Shown here: positions 1 through 9,440 of the stretch, in pieces
Layout of the letters: the number at the start of each line of letters is the position of its first letter
How positions within the stretch are numbered: position 1 is the stretch's first letter
Position numbers and translations under genes: made by a program
Notes under the pieces: generated by a model
The model's database searches: none
Told to the model about the DNA's origin: nothing
Seen by the model: the letters and a program-made list of their open reading frames with translations, nothing else
Assembly: GCA_965243395.1 (NCBI GenBank)
Contig: CBDEUS010000001.1
Location: 32,001-96,000 of the forward strand
DNA: 64,000 nucleotides
From: Gammaproteobacteria bacterium
GTDB lineage: Bacteria; Pseudomonadota; Gammaproteobacteria; UBA4575
Reading direction: 5' to 3'

Positions 1-1
1 T

Positions 2-577
2 ACACGGCAAGTCATTTTAGAAGCGGCCTATGAAGAAATTCACGTGCGTGGATTTCAAGCTGCGAGTTTGTCAAAAATTTTATCTTCTACGAATGTTACT
101 AAAGGCGCGTTGTATCACTACTTTCCTACCAAATTAGCACTTGGTTATGCGGTAGTCGATGAAATTCTTGCCGATCATATTCAACAACAATGGGTGCAAC
201 CGCTGCTTCAAGCGGAAGATGCTATTGATGTATTTAAAAATATCATTATGCAATTAGGTGGAGAAATTACAGAAGAAGACATTCAATGTGGTTGCCCTTT
301 AAATAATCTTGCACAAGAAATGGCACCGATTGATGAAGGTTTTCGTTCGCGTGTCGAAGCTGTTTATCATGCTTGGCGTAAAGGAATTGAAAAAGCACTT
401 GTTAAAGGTCAAGAAAATGGTTTTGTTAGCAAAGATGTAAATGTTACAAGTGCAGCTATGATGGTTGTGGCCAGTCTAGAAGGTTGTATGGGTCTAGCAA
501 AAAATGCACAAAGTAAAAAAGTGTTGCTTCAATGCGGGCAAAGTGTAATGGATTATCTTGAAAGTTTAAGACCATAG
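2..577 (+). CDS. TetR/AcrR family transcriptional regulator, 5' end truncated by window edge
   Basis: The frame is open from base 2 (TRQVILEAAYEEIHVRGFQ...). It contains the TetR HTH 'SLSKILSSTNVTKGALYHYFPTK' and a C-terminal 'GCPLNNLAQE' motif. Confidence 0.9.
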   Translation, partial: TRQVILEAAYEEIHVRGFQAASLSKILSSTNVTKGALYHYFPTKLALGYAVVDEILADHIQQQWVQPLLQAEDAIDVFKNIIMQLGGEITEEDIQCGCPLNNLAQEMAPIDEGFRSRVEAVYHAWRKGIEKALVKGQENGFVSKDVNVTSAAMMVVASLEGCMGLAKNAQSKKVLLQCGQSVMDYLESLRP

Positions 578-585
578 GAAAGATT

Positions 586-2925
586 ATGCTAAGTAAATAT
601 TCAGATTTTATTCTTCGCTGGCGTTATCTAGTAGTGCTCGTAAGTTTAGTATGTGCATTTGCATTAGCTTCGGGTGGTAAGAATTTAGTTTTCACGAACG
701 ATTATCGGTATTTTTTTAGTGAAGATAACCCTCAGTTACTAGAATTCGAAACATTACAAGATACTTATACAAAAAATGATAATGTTTTTATTATGCTAGA
801 GCCTAAGGATGGTAATGTATTTAATAAACCGTTTTTAGCAGCATTAAAAGAACTTACAGAAAGTTCTTGGCAGGTCCCTCATTCTATTCGTGTAGATTCA
901 ATTACTAATTTTCAACATACCTACGCAGAGGGAGATGATCTAATCGTAATAGATTTAGTTGACGATGTAGAAAATTTGTCAGCAAGTGAGATTAATTACA
1001 TTCAAAACGTTGCTATAAGTGAACCCTTATTAGTACATCGATTAGTGTCTGCAACCTCTCAAGCCGCTGCAATAAATATTACCATTGAACTGCCAGGTAA
1101 AAATGAGATAACAGAAGGACCTGAAGTCGTTAACTTTACCAGAGATATGGTAAAAGCCTTTGAGCAAGCGCATCCAGAAATTGATGTGTATACCACGGGC
1201 ATAGTAATAATGAATAATGCCTTTCCGGAAGCCAGCATAAACGATATGAAAAATCTCATACCGTTTGCCTTTGCTGCAGTTATTATTGGGCTATTCTTAT
1301 TTCTACGTAGTATCAGCGCAACGGTATCTACACTTATTGTAATCATTCTCTCCATTATGATGGGTATGGGTGCTGCTGGTTGGTTAGGTTTTAAGTTAAC
1401 CCCACCCTCTGCATCTGCTCCAACCATGATTCTTACTCTGGCGGTGGCTGATTGTGTGCACTTTTTAACAACATTTCTAAAATCCATGCGTGCTGGCCTA
1501 GATAAATTTGCAGCGATTAAAGAGTCATTAAGAATTAATTTTAATCCTATATTTTTAACATCATTAACCACAGTAATTGGATTTTTAAGTTTAAATTTTA
1601 GTGATGTTCCTCCATTTCGTGATCTTGGCAATATCACGGCAATGGGTGTGACATTTGCTTTTGTGTTGTCTGTATTTTTCTTACCTGCTTTGGCTGCAAT
1701 ATTGCCGTTTAAAGTTAAAGTCGGTGTGGACAGAAAAACTAAATTAATGCAAGCGCTCGCAAATTATGTAATCGCAAAGCGCAAAGTTTTGCTTTGGGGG
1801 ATGGGTGCAGTAATTCTCGCATTTATTGCGATCATTCCGCGTAATGAAATTAATGATCGTTTTGTAGAATACTTCGATGAAACAATTGAGTTTCGTCTGC
1901 ATACAGACTATGTAACTGAAAAAATTACTGGTCTTTATAGTATTCAATATTCTTTAGAGGCAAACGATTCGGGTGGTATAAGTGAACCCGCTTTCTTGCA
2001 GAAGATGGACGACTTTACAGCATGGTTGCGTGATCAGCCGGAGGTAATGCATGTAAATACGGTTTCGGACACTTTCAAACGTTTAAATAAAAACATGCAT
2101 GCAGATGATGAGCAGTTTTATAAACTGCCAGATAATCGTGAGTTAGCTGCACAATACTTATTGTTGTATGAATTGTCCTTGCCTTATGGTCTGGATCTGA
2201 ATGATCAAATTAATATTGATAAATCCTCTACTCGAATATCCACTACTTTGCAAACATTAAGTACTGAGAAGATGTTAGATTTTGAGGCAAGATCAAGAAA
2301 TTGGATTAATGAAAACGCACCAAACATAGGAATGGTTGCCTCGGCGCCAGCAGTAATCTTTTCACACCTTGCGGTACGCAATATCGATAGCATGATTAAA
2401 GGCACATTGGTTGCATTAGCAGTTATTTCGCTAATTTTAATTTTTGCATTAAGGTCTTTTAAATTAGGTTTATTAAGTTTAATTCCAAATCTCACACCGG
2501 TTGGTGTTGCATTTGGTATTTGGGCTATTTTTGATAGTGAAGTTGGGCTTGCGTTATCCATTGTTGCCGGTATGACATTAGGCATTGTCGTAGATGATAC
2601 CGTGCACTTTATGAGTAAGTATTTAAGAGCTAAAAGAGAAAAGGATAGCTCAGCTGTTGAAGCTGTCCGTTATGCCTTTGAAAATGTGGGTACTGCATTG
2701 TTAGTAACCACAATCGTATTAGCAGCGGGATTTTTAGTTTTATCTTTGTCAGCTTTTGAGTTGAATTCTGCAATGGGTTTGTTAACCGCTATTACCATTG
2801 TCATTGCATTAATTATTGATTTCTTATTTTTACCACCATTATTGATAGCGTTAGAAGGTGGCGGTCATGAAAAGGAGAACCGTGATGAACAAGAGTTGGA
2901 ATCTGATCTCGCAACTGCTAGTTAG
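586..2925 (+). CDS. MMPL/RND-superfamily inner-membrane transporter
   Basis: 779 aa with two repeats of TM + large periplasmic loop + TM bundle. GxxDD-like motifs 'LAVADCVHF' and 'GIVVDDTVHF'. Confidence 0.9.
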   Translation: MLSKYSDFILRWRYLVVLVSLVCAFALASGGKNLVFTNDYRYFFSEDNPQLLEFETLQDTYTKNDNVFIMLEPKDGNVFNKPFLAALKELTESSWQVPHSIRVDSITNFQHTYAEGDDLIVIDLVDDVENLSASEINYIQNVAISEPLLVHRLVSATSQAAAINITIELPGKNEITEGPEVVNFTRDMVKAFEQAHPEIDVYTTGIVIMNNAFPEASINDMKNLIPFAFAAVIIGLFLFLRSISATVSTLIVIILSIMMGMGAAGWLGFKLTPPSASAPTMILTLAVADCVHFLTTFLKSMRAGLDKFAAIKESLRINFNPIFLTSLTTVIGFLSLNFSDVPPFRDLGNITAMGVTFAFVLSVFFLPALAAILPFKVKVGVDRKTKLMQALANYVIAKRKVLLWGMGAVILAFIAIIPRNEINDRFVEYFDETIEFRLHTDYVTEKITGLYSIQYSLEANDSGGISEPAFLQKMDDFTAWLRDQPEVMHVNTVSDTFKRLNKNMHADDEQFYKLPDNRELAAQYLLLYELSLPYGLDLNDQINIDKSSTRISTTLQTLSTEKMLDFEARSRNWINENAPNIGMVASAPAVIFSHLAVRNIDSMIKGTLVALAVISLILIFALRSFKLGLLSLIPNLTPVGVAFGIWAIFDSEVGLALSIVAGMTLGIVVDDTVHFMSKYLRAKREKDSSAVEAVRYAFENVGTALLVTTIVLAAGFLVLSLSAFELNSAMGLLTAITIVIALIIDFLFLPPLLIALEGGGHEKENRDEQELESDLATAS

Positions 2926-3685
2926 CCTTATTGTATTTAGTGCAAGCACATTTGCTTGGGCTGAAACACCTGAGGAGAAAGGGTTAGCGATTGCCATTGC
3001 AGCCGATGAACGAGATTTTGGTTTTGAAACAATCACCGCAGATATGGTGATGATTTTGCGCAATCGTAAAGGGCAGGAAAGCACACGTTATATACGTACT
3101 CGCACTTTAGAAGTAGAGGGGGATGGCGATAAAACCCTATCTATTTTTGATCGCCCTGCGGATGTAAAACATACTGCAGTGCTAACCTACAGTCATGGGT
3201 TAGAGCCGGATGATCAATGGTTATATCTGCCTGCACTGAAACGAGTAAAACGTATTAATTCAAGGAATAAATCTGGTCCGTTTGTGGGTAGTGAATTTGC
3301 CTTTGAAGATTTAGGCTCACAAGAGGTAGAAAAGTATTCTTATAAATATTTACGAGATGAAGCTTGTGGTGAATGGGATTGTTACGTAATCGAACGATAT
3401 CCTGAATATGAATACTCCGGCTACACACGCCAGGTGGGATGGATTGACAAGGCCGAGTACCGTCCTGTAAAAATTGAATTTTATGATCGTAAAGATGTGT
3501 TACTTAAAACACTTACTTATAGCGGTTATCAAGAGTACATCGACTATTACTGGCGTCCAGATGAAATGTTTATGGAAAATCATCAAACTGGTAAGACAAC
3601 TACATTAAAATGGTCTAACTACAAATTCAAAACAGAAGTAGCTGAGCGTGATTTCAATCCTAATGCATTACCTCGTTTGCGTTAA
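2885..3685 (+). CDS. LolA-like outer-membrane lipoprotein-sorting protein
   Basis: AAGGAG precedes ATG 2885. Signal peptide present. 'DDQWLYLPALKRVKRI...SGPFVGSEFAFEDL' is typical of the LolA-like partners of MMPL exporters. Confidence 0.85.
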   Translation: MNKSWNLISQLLVSLIVFSASTFAWAETPEEKGLAIAIAADERDFGFETITADMVMILRNRKGQESTRYIRTRTLEVEGDGDKTLSIFDRPADVKHTAVLTYSHGLEPDDQWLYLPALKRVKRINSRNKSGPFVGSEFAFEDLGSQEVEKYSYKYLRDEACGEWDCYVIERYPEYEYSGYTRQVGWIDKAEYRPVKIEFYDRKDVLLKTLTYSGYQEYIDYYWRPDEMFMENHQTGKTTTLKWSNYKFKTEVAERDFNPNALPRLR

Positions 3686-3706
3686 AAACTAACGTAAAAA
3701 TTAAAA

Positions 3707-4930
3707 ATGTTTCTGGCATTAAAAACTGTCCTACATGTGTTTCTGTGGGGCATTGTTTTTTTATCATTATATATACAAGTTGTTTCAGCAGAAGAATCGA
3801 GTGGTTACTGGTCTGGTTATATTTCTGGACAGGCTCGAGGATTTTGGCAAAGTTCGCAATTCAGCGATCAACGTGACGGGGATATTTCTTTCGCAACCGA
3901 GCCAGAGTATTACAAAGATTGGAATAATGGCTTACGCGCAATAACTTTTAAACCTTTTGTACGTATCGATTCCACTGATCCAGAACGTACCCACGCCGAT
4001 ATAAGAGAAGCACATTATTTACATGTAGTGGGTGATTGGGAATGGCGTGTCGGTATCGCCAAAGTGTTTTGGGGAGTAACCGAATCTCAACATCTGGTTG
4101 ATATCATTAATCAAACAGATTTAGTTGAAAATATAGATACCGAAGACAAGCTTGGGCAACCAATGATTGAGACTACTTGGTTGCAAGATTGGGGCGCATT
4201 ACAGTTTTATATTCTACCGGGTTTTCGCGAACGAACATTTCCGGGTCGGCATGGGCGTTTGCGCACAGGCTTAGTGGTGGATACTGATAAAGAAGAATAT
4301 GAATCTGGCGCAGAAGAATATCATGTCGATTGGGCAGTGCGTTTGAAAACTCAATTTGGGCCTATCGATTTAGGACTATCACACTTTAATGGCACATCGC
4401 GTACTCCAGAATTACGCCCTACTGTAAATTCAAGTGGTGATTTAGAACTGATCCCATTTTACGGTTTAATTGATCAAACAGGCTTAGACTTGCAAGCAAT
4501 AATCGGCAATTGGACATGGAAGTTAGAATCTATTTTGCAGACTAAAAAAGGCCGTGACTTCACAGCAGCCGTAGGTGGATTTGAATATACGTTTTATGGT
4601 GTTTCTGAAAGTGGTGCGGATTTAGGTGTGTTGTCTGAATATCATTATGATGATCGCAAGCAAGATGCTGCTACTCCGTTTCAGGATGACCTATTTTTAG
4701 GTGCGCGTTATGTATTTAATGACGCGCAAGATACAGAAATTTTAGCGGGTGGCTTATATGATTTCGATTTTAGCAGTAAAAGTTTTCGTGTAGAGCTGCA
4801 GCGTAGATTTAGTGATAGTTGGAAACTTGAAAGCGAATTGCAATTGTTCAGCAATGTTGCAAATGAAGATCCGCAACGTGATTTTCATCGCGATGATTAT
4901 TTTCAAGTAGATCTTGCATATTATTTTTAA
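3707..4930 (+). CDS. Probable outer-membrane beta-barrel protein of the MMPL cluster
   Basis: Signal peptide, amphipathic beta strands, 'VFWGVTESQHLVDIINQTD', C-terminal aromatic signature (DLAYYF). Confidence 0.7.
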   Translation: MFLALKTVLHVFLWGIVFLSLYIQVVSAEESSGYWSGYISGQARGFWQSSQFSDQRDGDISFATEPEYYKDWNNGLRAITFKPFVRIDSTDPERTHADIREAHYLHVVGDWEWRVGIAKVFWGVTESQHLVDIINQTDLVENIDTEDKLGQPMIETTWLQDWGALQFYILPGFRERTFPGRHGRLRTGLVVDTDKEEYESGAEEYHVDWAVRLKTQFGPIDLGLSHFNGTSRTPELRPTVNSSGDLELIPFYGLIDQTGLDLQAIIGNWTWKLESILQTKKGRDFTAAVGGFEYTFYGVSESGADLGVLSEYHYDDRKQDAATPFQDDLFLGARYVFNDAQDTEILAGGLYDFDFSSKSFRVELQRRFSDSWKLESELQLFSNVANEDPQRDFHRDDYFQVDLAYYF

Positions 4931-5013
4931 TAAGTATGGCAAGTAAGGAACAGCTTGAGAAAAATAAGTTAAATGCTAACGCATTAAGAATCAGCAAATA
5001 ACAACACAATGTT

Positions 5014-5898
5014 CTAAATTTTTTCGCCGGTTAGTATTTCACAGGCTTCTAAATATTTCTTACTAGTATTGTCAATAATTTCTTGAGGGAGTTTTGGTCC
5101 GGGAGCTTTTTTATTCCAGTCTAAGGTTTCCAAATAGTCACGTACGTATTGCTTGTCAAAACTTCTCGGACTTTGCCCTACCTTGTAAGAATCTAAAGGC
5201 CAAAAACGAGATGAGTCAGGAGTGAGTGCCTCATCAATTAGAACAATTTCCTGATTTTCATCTAATCCAAATTCAAATTTGGTATCGGCAATTATAATTC
5301 CACGCTCTAATGCAAATTGAGCCGCTTCAGAATATATTTGTAAGCTTAAATCTCTAACTTTTTCGGCAATATCTTTTCCTACCAAATTAATAATTTCATC
5401 AAAACTTACGTTAATATCATGATCTCCCACAGCAGCTTTTGTGGAAGGAGTAAATATTGCAGTATTCAGTTGTTGGGCTTGTTGTAAATTTTCAGGTAGC
5501 TTTACACCACAAATAGCTCCAGTATTTTGATATTCCTTCCAACCAGAACCAATCACATAACCTCGTACAATAGCTTCAAAAGGTAGTGCTTTTAATTTTC
5601 TTGCAATGACGCTTCTGTCTCTAAGTACGTTTAATTCTTGCTCGTCTTTAATTATATCTTCGAGAGGTATGTCGCTTAGATGATTCTTAACTTGTTTAGA
5701 GAAATGATCGAACCAGAAATTGGAAACCTTAGTAAGCACGATGCCTTTTTTTGGAATCGGGTCGGGTAAAATCACATCGAAAGCAGATAAACGATCACTC
5801 GTAACGATAAGCCAGTGCTCACTATCGACTTGGTAAATATCGCGTACTTTGCCTTGATAGACCTTTTTCAGGCTTTTTAGGTTAGATTCGAATAACAT
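5014..5898 (-). CDS. purC: SAICAR synthetase
   Basis: Motifs 'GKVRDIY', 'SDRLSAFDV', 'IIADTKFEFG', 'DEALTPDSSRFW', 'FDKQYVRDYL'. Confidence 0.97.
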   Translation of the reverse strand: MLFESNLKSLKKVYQGKVRDIYQVDSEHWLIVTSDRLSAFDVILPDPIPKKGIVLTKVSNFWFDHFSKQVKNHLSDIPLEDIIKDEQELNVLRDRSVIARKLKALPFEAIVRGYVIGSGWKEYQNTGAICGVKLPENLQQAQQLNTAIFTPSTKAAVGDHDINVSFDEIINLVGKDIAEKVRDLSLQIYSEAAQFALERGIIIADTKFEFGLDENQEIVLIDEALTPDSSRFWPLDSYKVGQSPRSFDKQYVRDYLETLDWNKKAPGPKLPQEIIDNTSKKYLEACEILTGEKI

Positions 5899-6014
5899 AT
5901 TGGTATATTTAGTCGTTAAATTGCCTTTTTATTCTGGTTTTCCGCTGGTTTTATTAGGCCGTCTCAGCGAAAATGCCCGATTAATTTTTTGTCTACAGAA
6001 TCAGAGGAATTACA

Positions 6015-6503
6015 ATGGCCGATCCACAAGTGAGTCTCATCATGGGTAGTGATAGCGACTGGCCTGTAATGCGTGCTGCTGCAGAGGTGCTTGCTCAATT
6101 TAATATATTGTACGAGAAGCGCGTGGTATCTGCTCATCGAACCCCTAAATTAATGGCAGAATTTTCCGAGGATGCTGCATCTCGGGGTATCCAATGTATT
6201 ATCGCAGGCGCGGGAGGTGCAGCGCATCTACCCGGTATGGTAGCTGCTAATACTACTGTGCCTGTACTGGGTGTTCCCGTACCAAGTAAACATTTGTCTG
6301 GGCAAGATTCTTTATACTCGATTGTTCAAATGCCCAAAGGAGTCCCGGTGGCAACTTTTGCTATTGGTGAAGCGGGTGCCGCCAACGCAGGATTATTTGC
6401 AGTGGCATTGTTAGCGAACAATGATTCTGCTTTAAAAACAAAATTGGATGAATTTCGTGCGACTCAATCTGAAAAAGTTCTCAGCGCTAAACTTCCTGAT
6501 TAA
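6015..6503 (+). CDS. purE: N5-CAIR mutase
   Basis: Motifs 'IMGSDSD', 'VSAHRTP', '[12 protein letters not shown]', '[13 protein letters not shown]'. Confidence 0.97.
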   Translation: MADPQVSLIMGSDSDWPVMRAAAEVLAQFNILYEKRVVSAHRTPKLMAEFSEDAASRGIQCIIAGAGGAAHLPGMVAANTTVPVLGVPVPSKHLSGQDSLYSIVQMPKGVPVATFAIGEAGAANAGLFAVALLANNDSALKTKLDEFRATQSEKVLSAKLPD

Positions 6504-6514
6504 TATTTGATTCT

Positions 6515-7651
6515 ATGATTTTACCGGGCGCATCGCTTGGCATGTTGGGCGGCGGCCAATTGGGCCGAATGTTCGTGCATGCGGCTACAGCAATGGGATA
6601 TCGCGTGATAGTGCTGGATCCAAACTCCTCTAGCCCCGCAGGAGAAATCGCTCATTTGCATCTGCAGGCAAATTACGATGATGCACATTCATTAAAAGCA
6701 CTCACGCAAGAATGTGCAGTGATTACCACTGAGTTTGAGAATGTTCCGGCCGAAGTATTTGCTCATTTAGAAAAAACATGTCGCGTTTCACCTAACGCAC
6801 GTGCACTTGAACTTGCGCAAGATCGAATCAAGGAAAAACAATTTGCACAATCATTGGATATACCACCTACACCTTTTCATGTTGTGAGTAGTGAGCAAGA
6901 CATTGAGCAAGCGTTTAACTCGCTAAGTGCGCCATTAATATTAAAAACAACACGCTTGGGTTATGACGGTAAGGGTCAGGCTACTGTGAATTCGGCGCAA
7001 GAATGCATAGCGCAGTGGAATGAGTTAGGAAAAGTTGATTGTGTATTAGAACAAAAAATTAATTTAGCTAGCGAAATCTCTGTAATATTAGCGCGCTCGT
7101 TCAGTAAAAAATTAAGATTTTTTCCGATTGCAGAAAATGTGCATAAAGATGGCATTTTATTTACAAGTACCGTACCCGCTAATATAAATGAAGAAACTCA
7201 ATCTCTAGCAAAGTCTCATGTGCAAAAAATTGCTGAAGAATTAGATTACTGTGGCATTTTGGCTGTTGAGTTTTTCATTAGTGAAGAGGGTGATTTATTT
7301 TTTAATGAAATGGCACCGCGCACCCATAACAGTGGGCACTATTCGATGGACGCATGTTATACATCGCAATTTGAGCAACAAGTGAGAGCAATTTGCGATT
7401 TACCCATGGGTAATACAGATGCACACAGCGCAGTTACCATGGTAAATGTGCTAGGTGATCTTTGGGGGCATAATAATCAAAACCAGCCCGATTGGTCGCG
7501 CATCTTATCTGATAATGTAAAATTACATTTATACGGCAAACATCAAGCTCGTGCAGGAAGAAAGATGGGGCACTTTAATTATCTTGCTTCAAAAGGAGAA
7601 AATACTTTAGCTGCTGCCAAAAAGTGTTTTCTAAAACTCTCAACTGAATAG
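6515..7651 (+). CDS. purK: N5-CAIR synthetase (ATP-grasp)
   Basis: Motifs 'GGGQLGRM', 'TTEFENVP', 'GYDGKGQ', 'NEMAPRTHNSGH', 'GRKMGH'. Follows purE. Confidence 0.96.
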   Translation: MILPGASLGMLGGGQLGRMFVHAATAMGYRVIVLDPNSSSPAGEIAHLHLQANYDDAHSLKALTQECAVITTEFENVPAEVFAHLEKTCRVSPNARALELAQDRIKEKQFAQSLDIPPTPFHVVSSEQDIEQAFNSLSAPLILKTTRLGYDGKGQATVNSAQECIAQWNELGKVDCVLEQKINLASEISVILARSFSKKLRFFPIAENVHKDGILFTSTVPANINEETQSLAKSHVQKIAEELDYCGILAVEFFISEEGDLFFNEMAPRTHNSGHYSMDACYTSQFEQQVRAICDLPMGNTDAHSAVTMVNVLGDLWGHNNQNQPDWSRILSDNVKLHLYGKHQARAGRKMGHFNYLASKGENTLAAAKKCFLKLSTE

Positions 7652-7662
7652 TTTTTTTCGCA

Positions 7663-8658
7663 ATGAAAAAATTTTCTGCTTTTCGAATCCATTCAAACAG
7701 TGAAGGTACACAAGCAGGAATTGAGCAACTCAGTATTGATGATCTTTGCGAAGGTGATGTTGTTATCAAGGTAAAGTATTCAAGCGTAAATTATAAAGAT
7801 GCACTTGCGGGTTCTGGTAGAGCGCAAATTCTTCGACGTTCACCATTAGTGGGAGGTATAGATCTAGCTGGTGAAGTTGTTGAATCTACAAGTGGTGAAT
7901 TTGTTCCGGGTGATCAGGTCTTAGTAAATGGTAGCGGTTTAAGTGAAACACACGATGGGGGCTATGCAGAATTTGCTCGCGTTCCCACAGATTGGGTTGT
8001 GCCTTTACCAAAGGGATTAAGTTTAAGCCAGACTATGATTATTGGTACGGCGGGTTTTACAGCCGCATTATGTGTGCACTTGCTAGAACAGAATAATCAA
8101 AAAGTAGAAGATGGCCCGATTGTTGTTACAGGAGCAAGTGGTGGCGTTGGTAGTTTTGCGATCAATATATTACATAAGCTAGGCTTTGAAACCATCGCAG
8201 TGTCAGGCAAAAAAAATTCGTTTGACTACTTATATGAATTAGGGGCTACTAAAGTAGTAGGTCGTGAAAAAATCAAAATAGGAGATGGTGTATTAGAAAA
8301 AACACGTTGGGCTGGCGCTATTGATAACGTCGGTGGAGAAACATTAAGTGCATTGGTGCGTGCGACCAAGCCATGGGGAAATGTGGTCAGTGTTGGCATT
8401 GCGGGTGGAGTAAAATTTGAGCTTTCAACCATGCCATTTATTATTCGAGGCGTGAACTTATTAGGTGTAAGTTCATCTAATTGTCCACAAACACTTAGAA
8501 AAGTAATTTGGAATCGTCTTGGCGATGATTTGCACCCTGATCAAATAGCTAAGATACATTCTGAAACAGTTAAGTTAGAAGATTTACCGCAGATATTCGA
8601 AAAATTACTTAATAATGAAATTCAAGGCAGAACGCTTGTGGAGGTAAGTAATGATTAG
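7663..8658 (+). CDS. YhdH/AcuI-family NADPH-dependent MDR oxidoreductase (acryloyl-CoA reductase-like)
   Basis: Motifs 'YSSVNYKDALA', 'IGTAGFTAAL', 'VTGASGGVGS', 'MPFIIRGVNLLGV'. Confidence 0.88.
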   Translation: MKKFSAFRIHSNSEGTQAGIEQLSIDDLCEGDVVIKVKYSSVNYKDALAGSGRAQILRRSPLVGGIDLAGEVVESTSGEFVPGDQVLVNGSGLSETHDGGYAEFARVPTDWVVPLPKGLSLSQTMIIGTAGFTAALCVHLLEQNNQKVEDGPIVVTGASGGVGSFAINILHKLGFETIAVSGKKNSFDYLYELGATKVVGREKIKIGDGVLEKTRWAGAIDNVGGETLSALVRATKPWGNVVSVGIAGGVKFELSTMPFIIRGVNLLGVSSSNCPQTLRKVIWNRLGDDLHPDQIAKIHSETVKLEDLPQIFEKLLNNEIQGRTLVEVSND

Positions 8659-9205
8659 AAGGTTTTTTATGAAAAATACTTATACAGTTTTAATTTTTAC
8701 TTTTGCGCTTCTCGCGAGTGCGATGGTTTATGCGGCAAAAGTGAACCCTCCTGCGCAAATGCCTGAGTTTACCCAAATGGATCAAGCTGCATGGATCAAT
8801 TCAAAACCTTTGGCAGTAAGTGATCTGCGTGGCAAGGTAGTTTTAATTGACGTATGGACTTATGGTTGTTGGAATTGCTACAACTCATTTCCCTGGTTAA
8901 GAAGTGTTGAAGAAAAATTTGCAGATCAAGATTTCACAGTGATCGGTATTCATACACCAGAGTTTGAGCATGAGAAAAAACGTGAAAATATTGTTAAAAA
9001 AGTAGAAGAATTTATGCTGCATCACCCTGTGATGATTGACAACGATTTTGCCTACTGGCGTGCCTTGCGAAATAAATATTGGCCTGCATACTACATAGTT
9101 GATAAGCAAGGCAACATTCGTAAAGGGTTTATTGGCGAAACTCACCAAGGAGATCGCAGAGCAAAAAAGATTGAAAACTTAATTGCTAAATTGCTGAAAG
9201 AATAA
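8651..9205 (+). CDS. Exported thioredoxin-fold redoxin (TlpA/DipZ C-terminal-like)
   Basis: Signal peptide, 'LRGKVVLIDVWTYGCWNC' (CxxC), 'IGIHTPEF', 'YWPAYY'. Confidence 0.88.
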   Translation: MIRRFFMKNTYTVLIFTFALLASAMVYAAKVNPPAQMPEFTQMDQAAWINSKPLAVSDLRGKVVLIDVWTYGCWNCYNSFPWLRSVEEKFADQDFTVIGIHTPEFEHEKKRENIVKKVEEFMLHHPVMIDNDFAYWRALRNKYWPAYYIVDKQGNIRKGFIGETHQGDRRAKKIENLIAKLLKE

Positions 9206-9291
9206 GATTTCCATCAGGCGTGATGCATCCGATTCAAGGTAAGTGAGCTAATATCAATAACAGCTTAGGAATTTCAATTCAGAGCTTCAAA

Positions 9292-9319
9292 ATAACTGCT
9301 TATAGCCCAAAGCAGATAT
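9292..9319 (+). repeat. 28-bp palindromic cassette-boundary repeat, copy A1
   Basis: ataactgctta-tagccc-aaagcagatat. Stem ctgctt/aagcag. Precedes the first accessory gene. Confidence 0.7.
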
Positions 9320-9440
9320 TAAATAATTACTAAACGTAATCGCCGACTAATAAAATAGTCTAATCTTCGTTCTACATACGTGCATTTAATGTAATGAATT
9401 GGAGTTTAGTTTACTAGACTCAATGTTTACAATTAGACAC

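Noticed and set aside
1059-2585. Antisense and alternative-frame ORFs (1059-1637, 2205-2585; likewise 28318-28935, 33724-34200, 24217-24576 and other short ones)
   Set aside because: They overlap well-supported genes and have no recognisable motifs.
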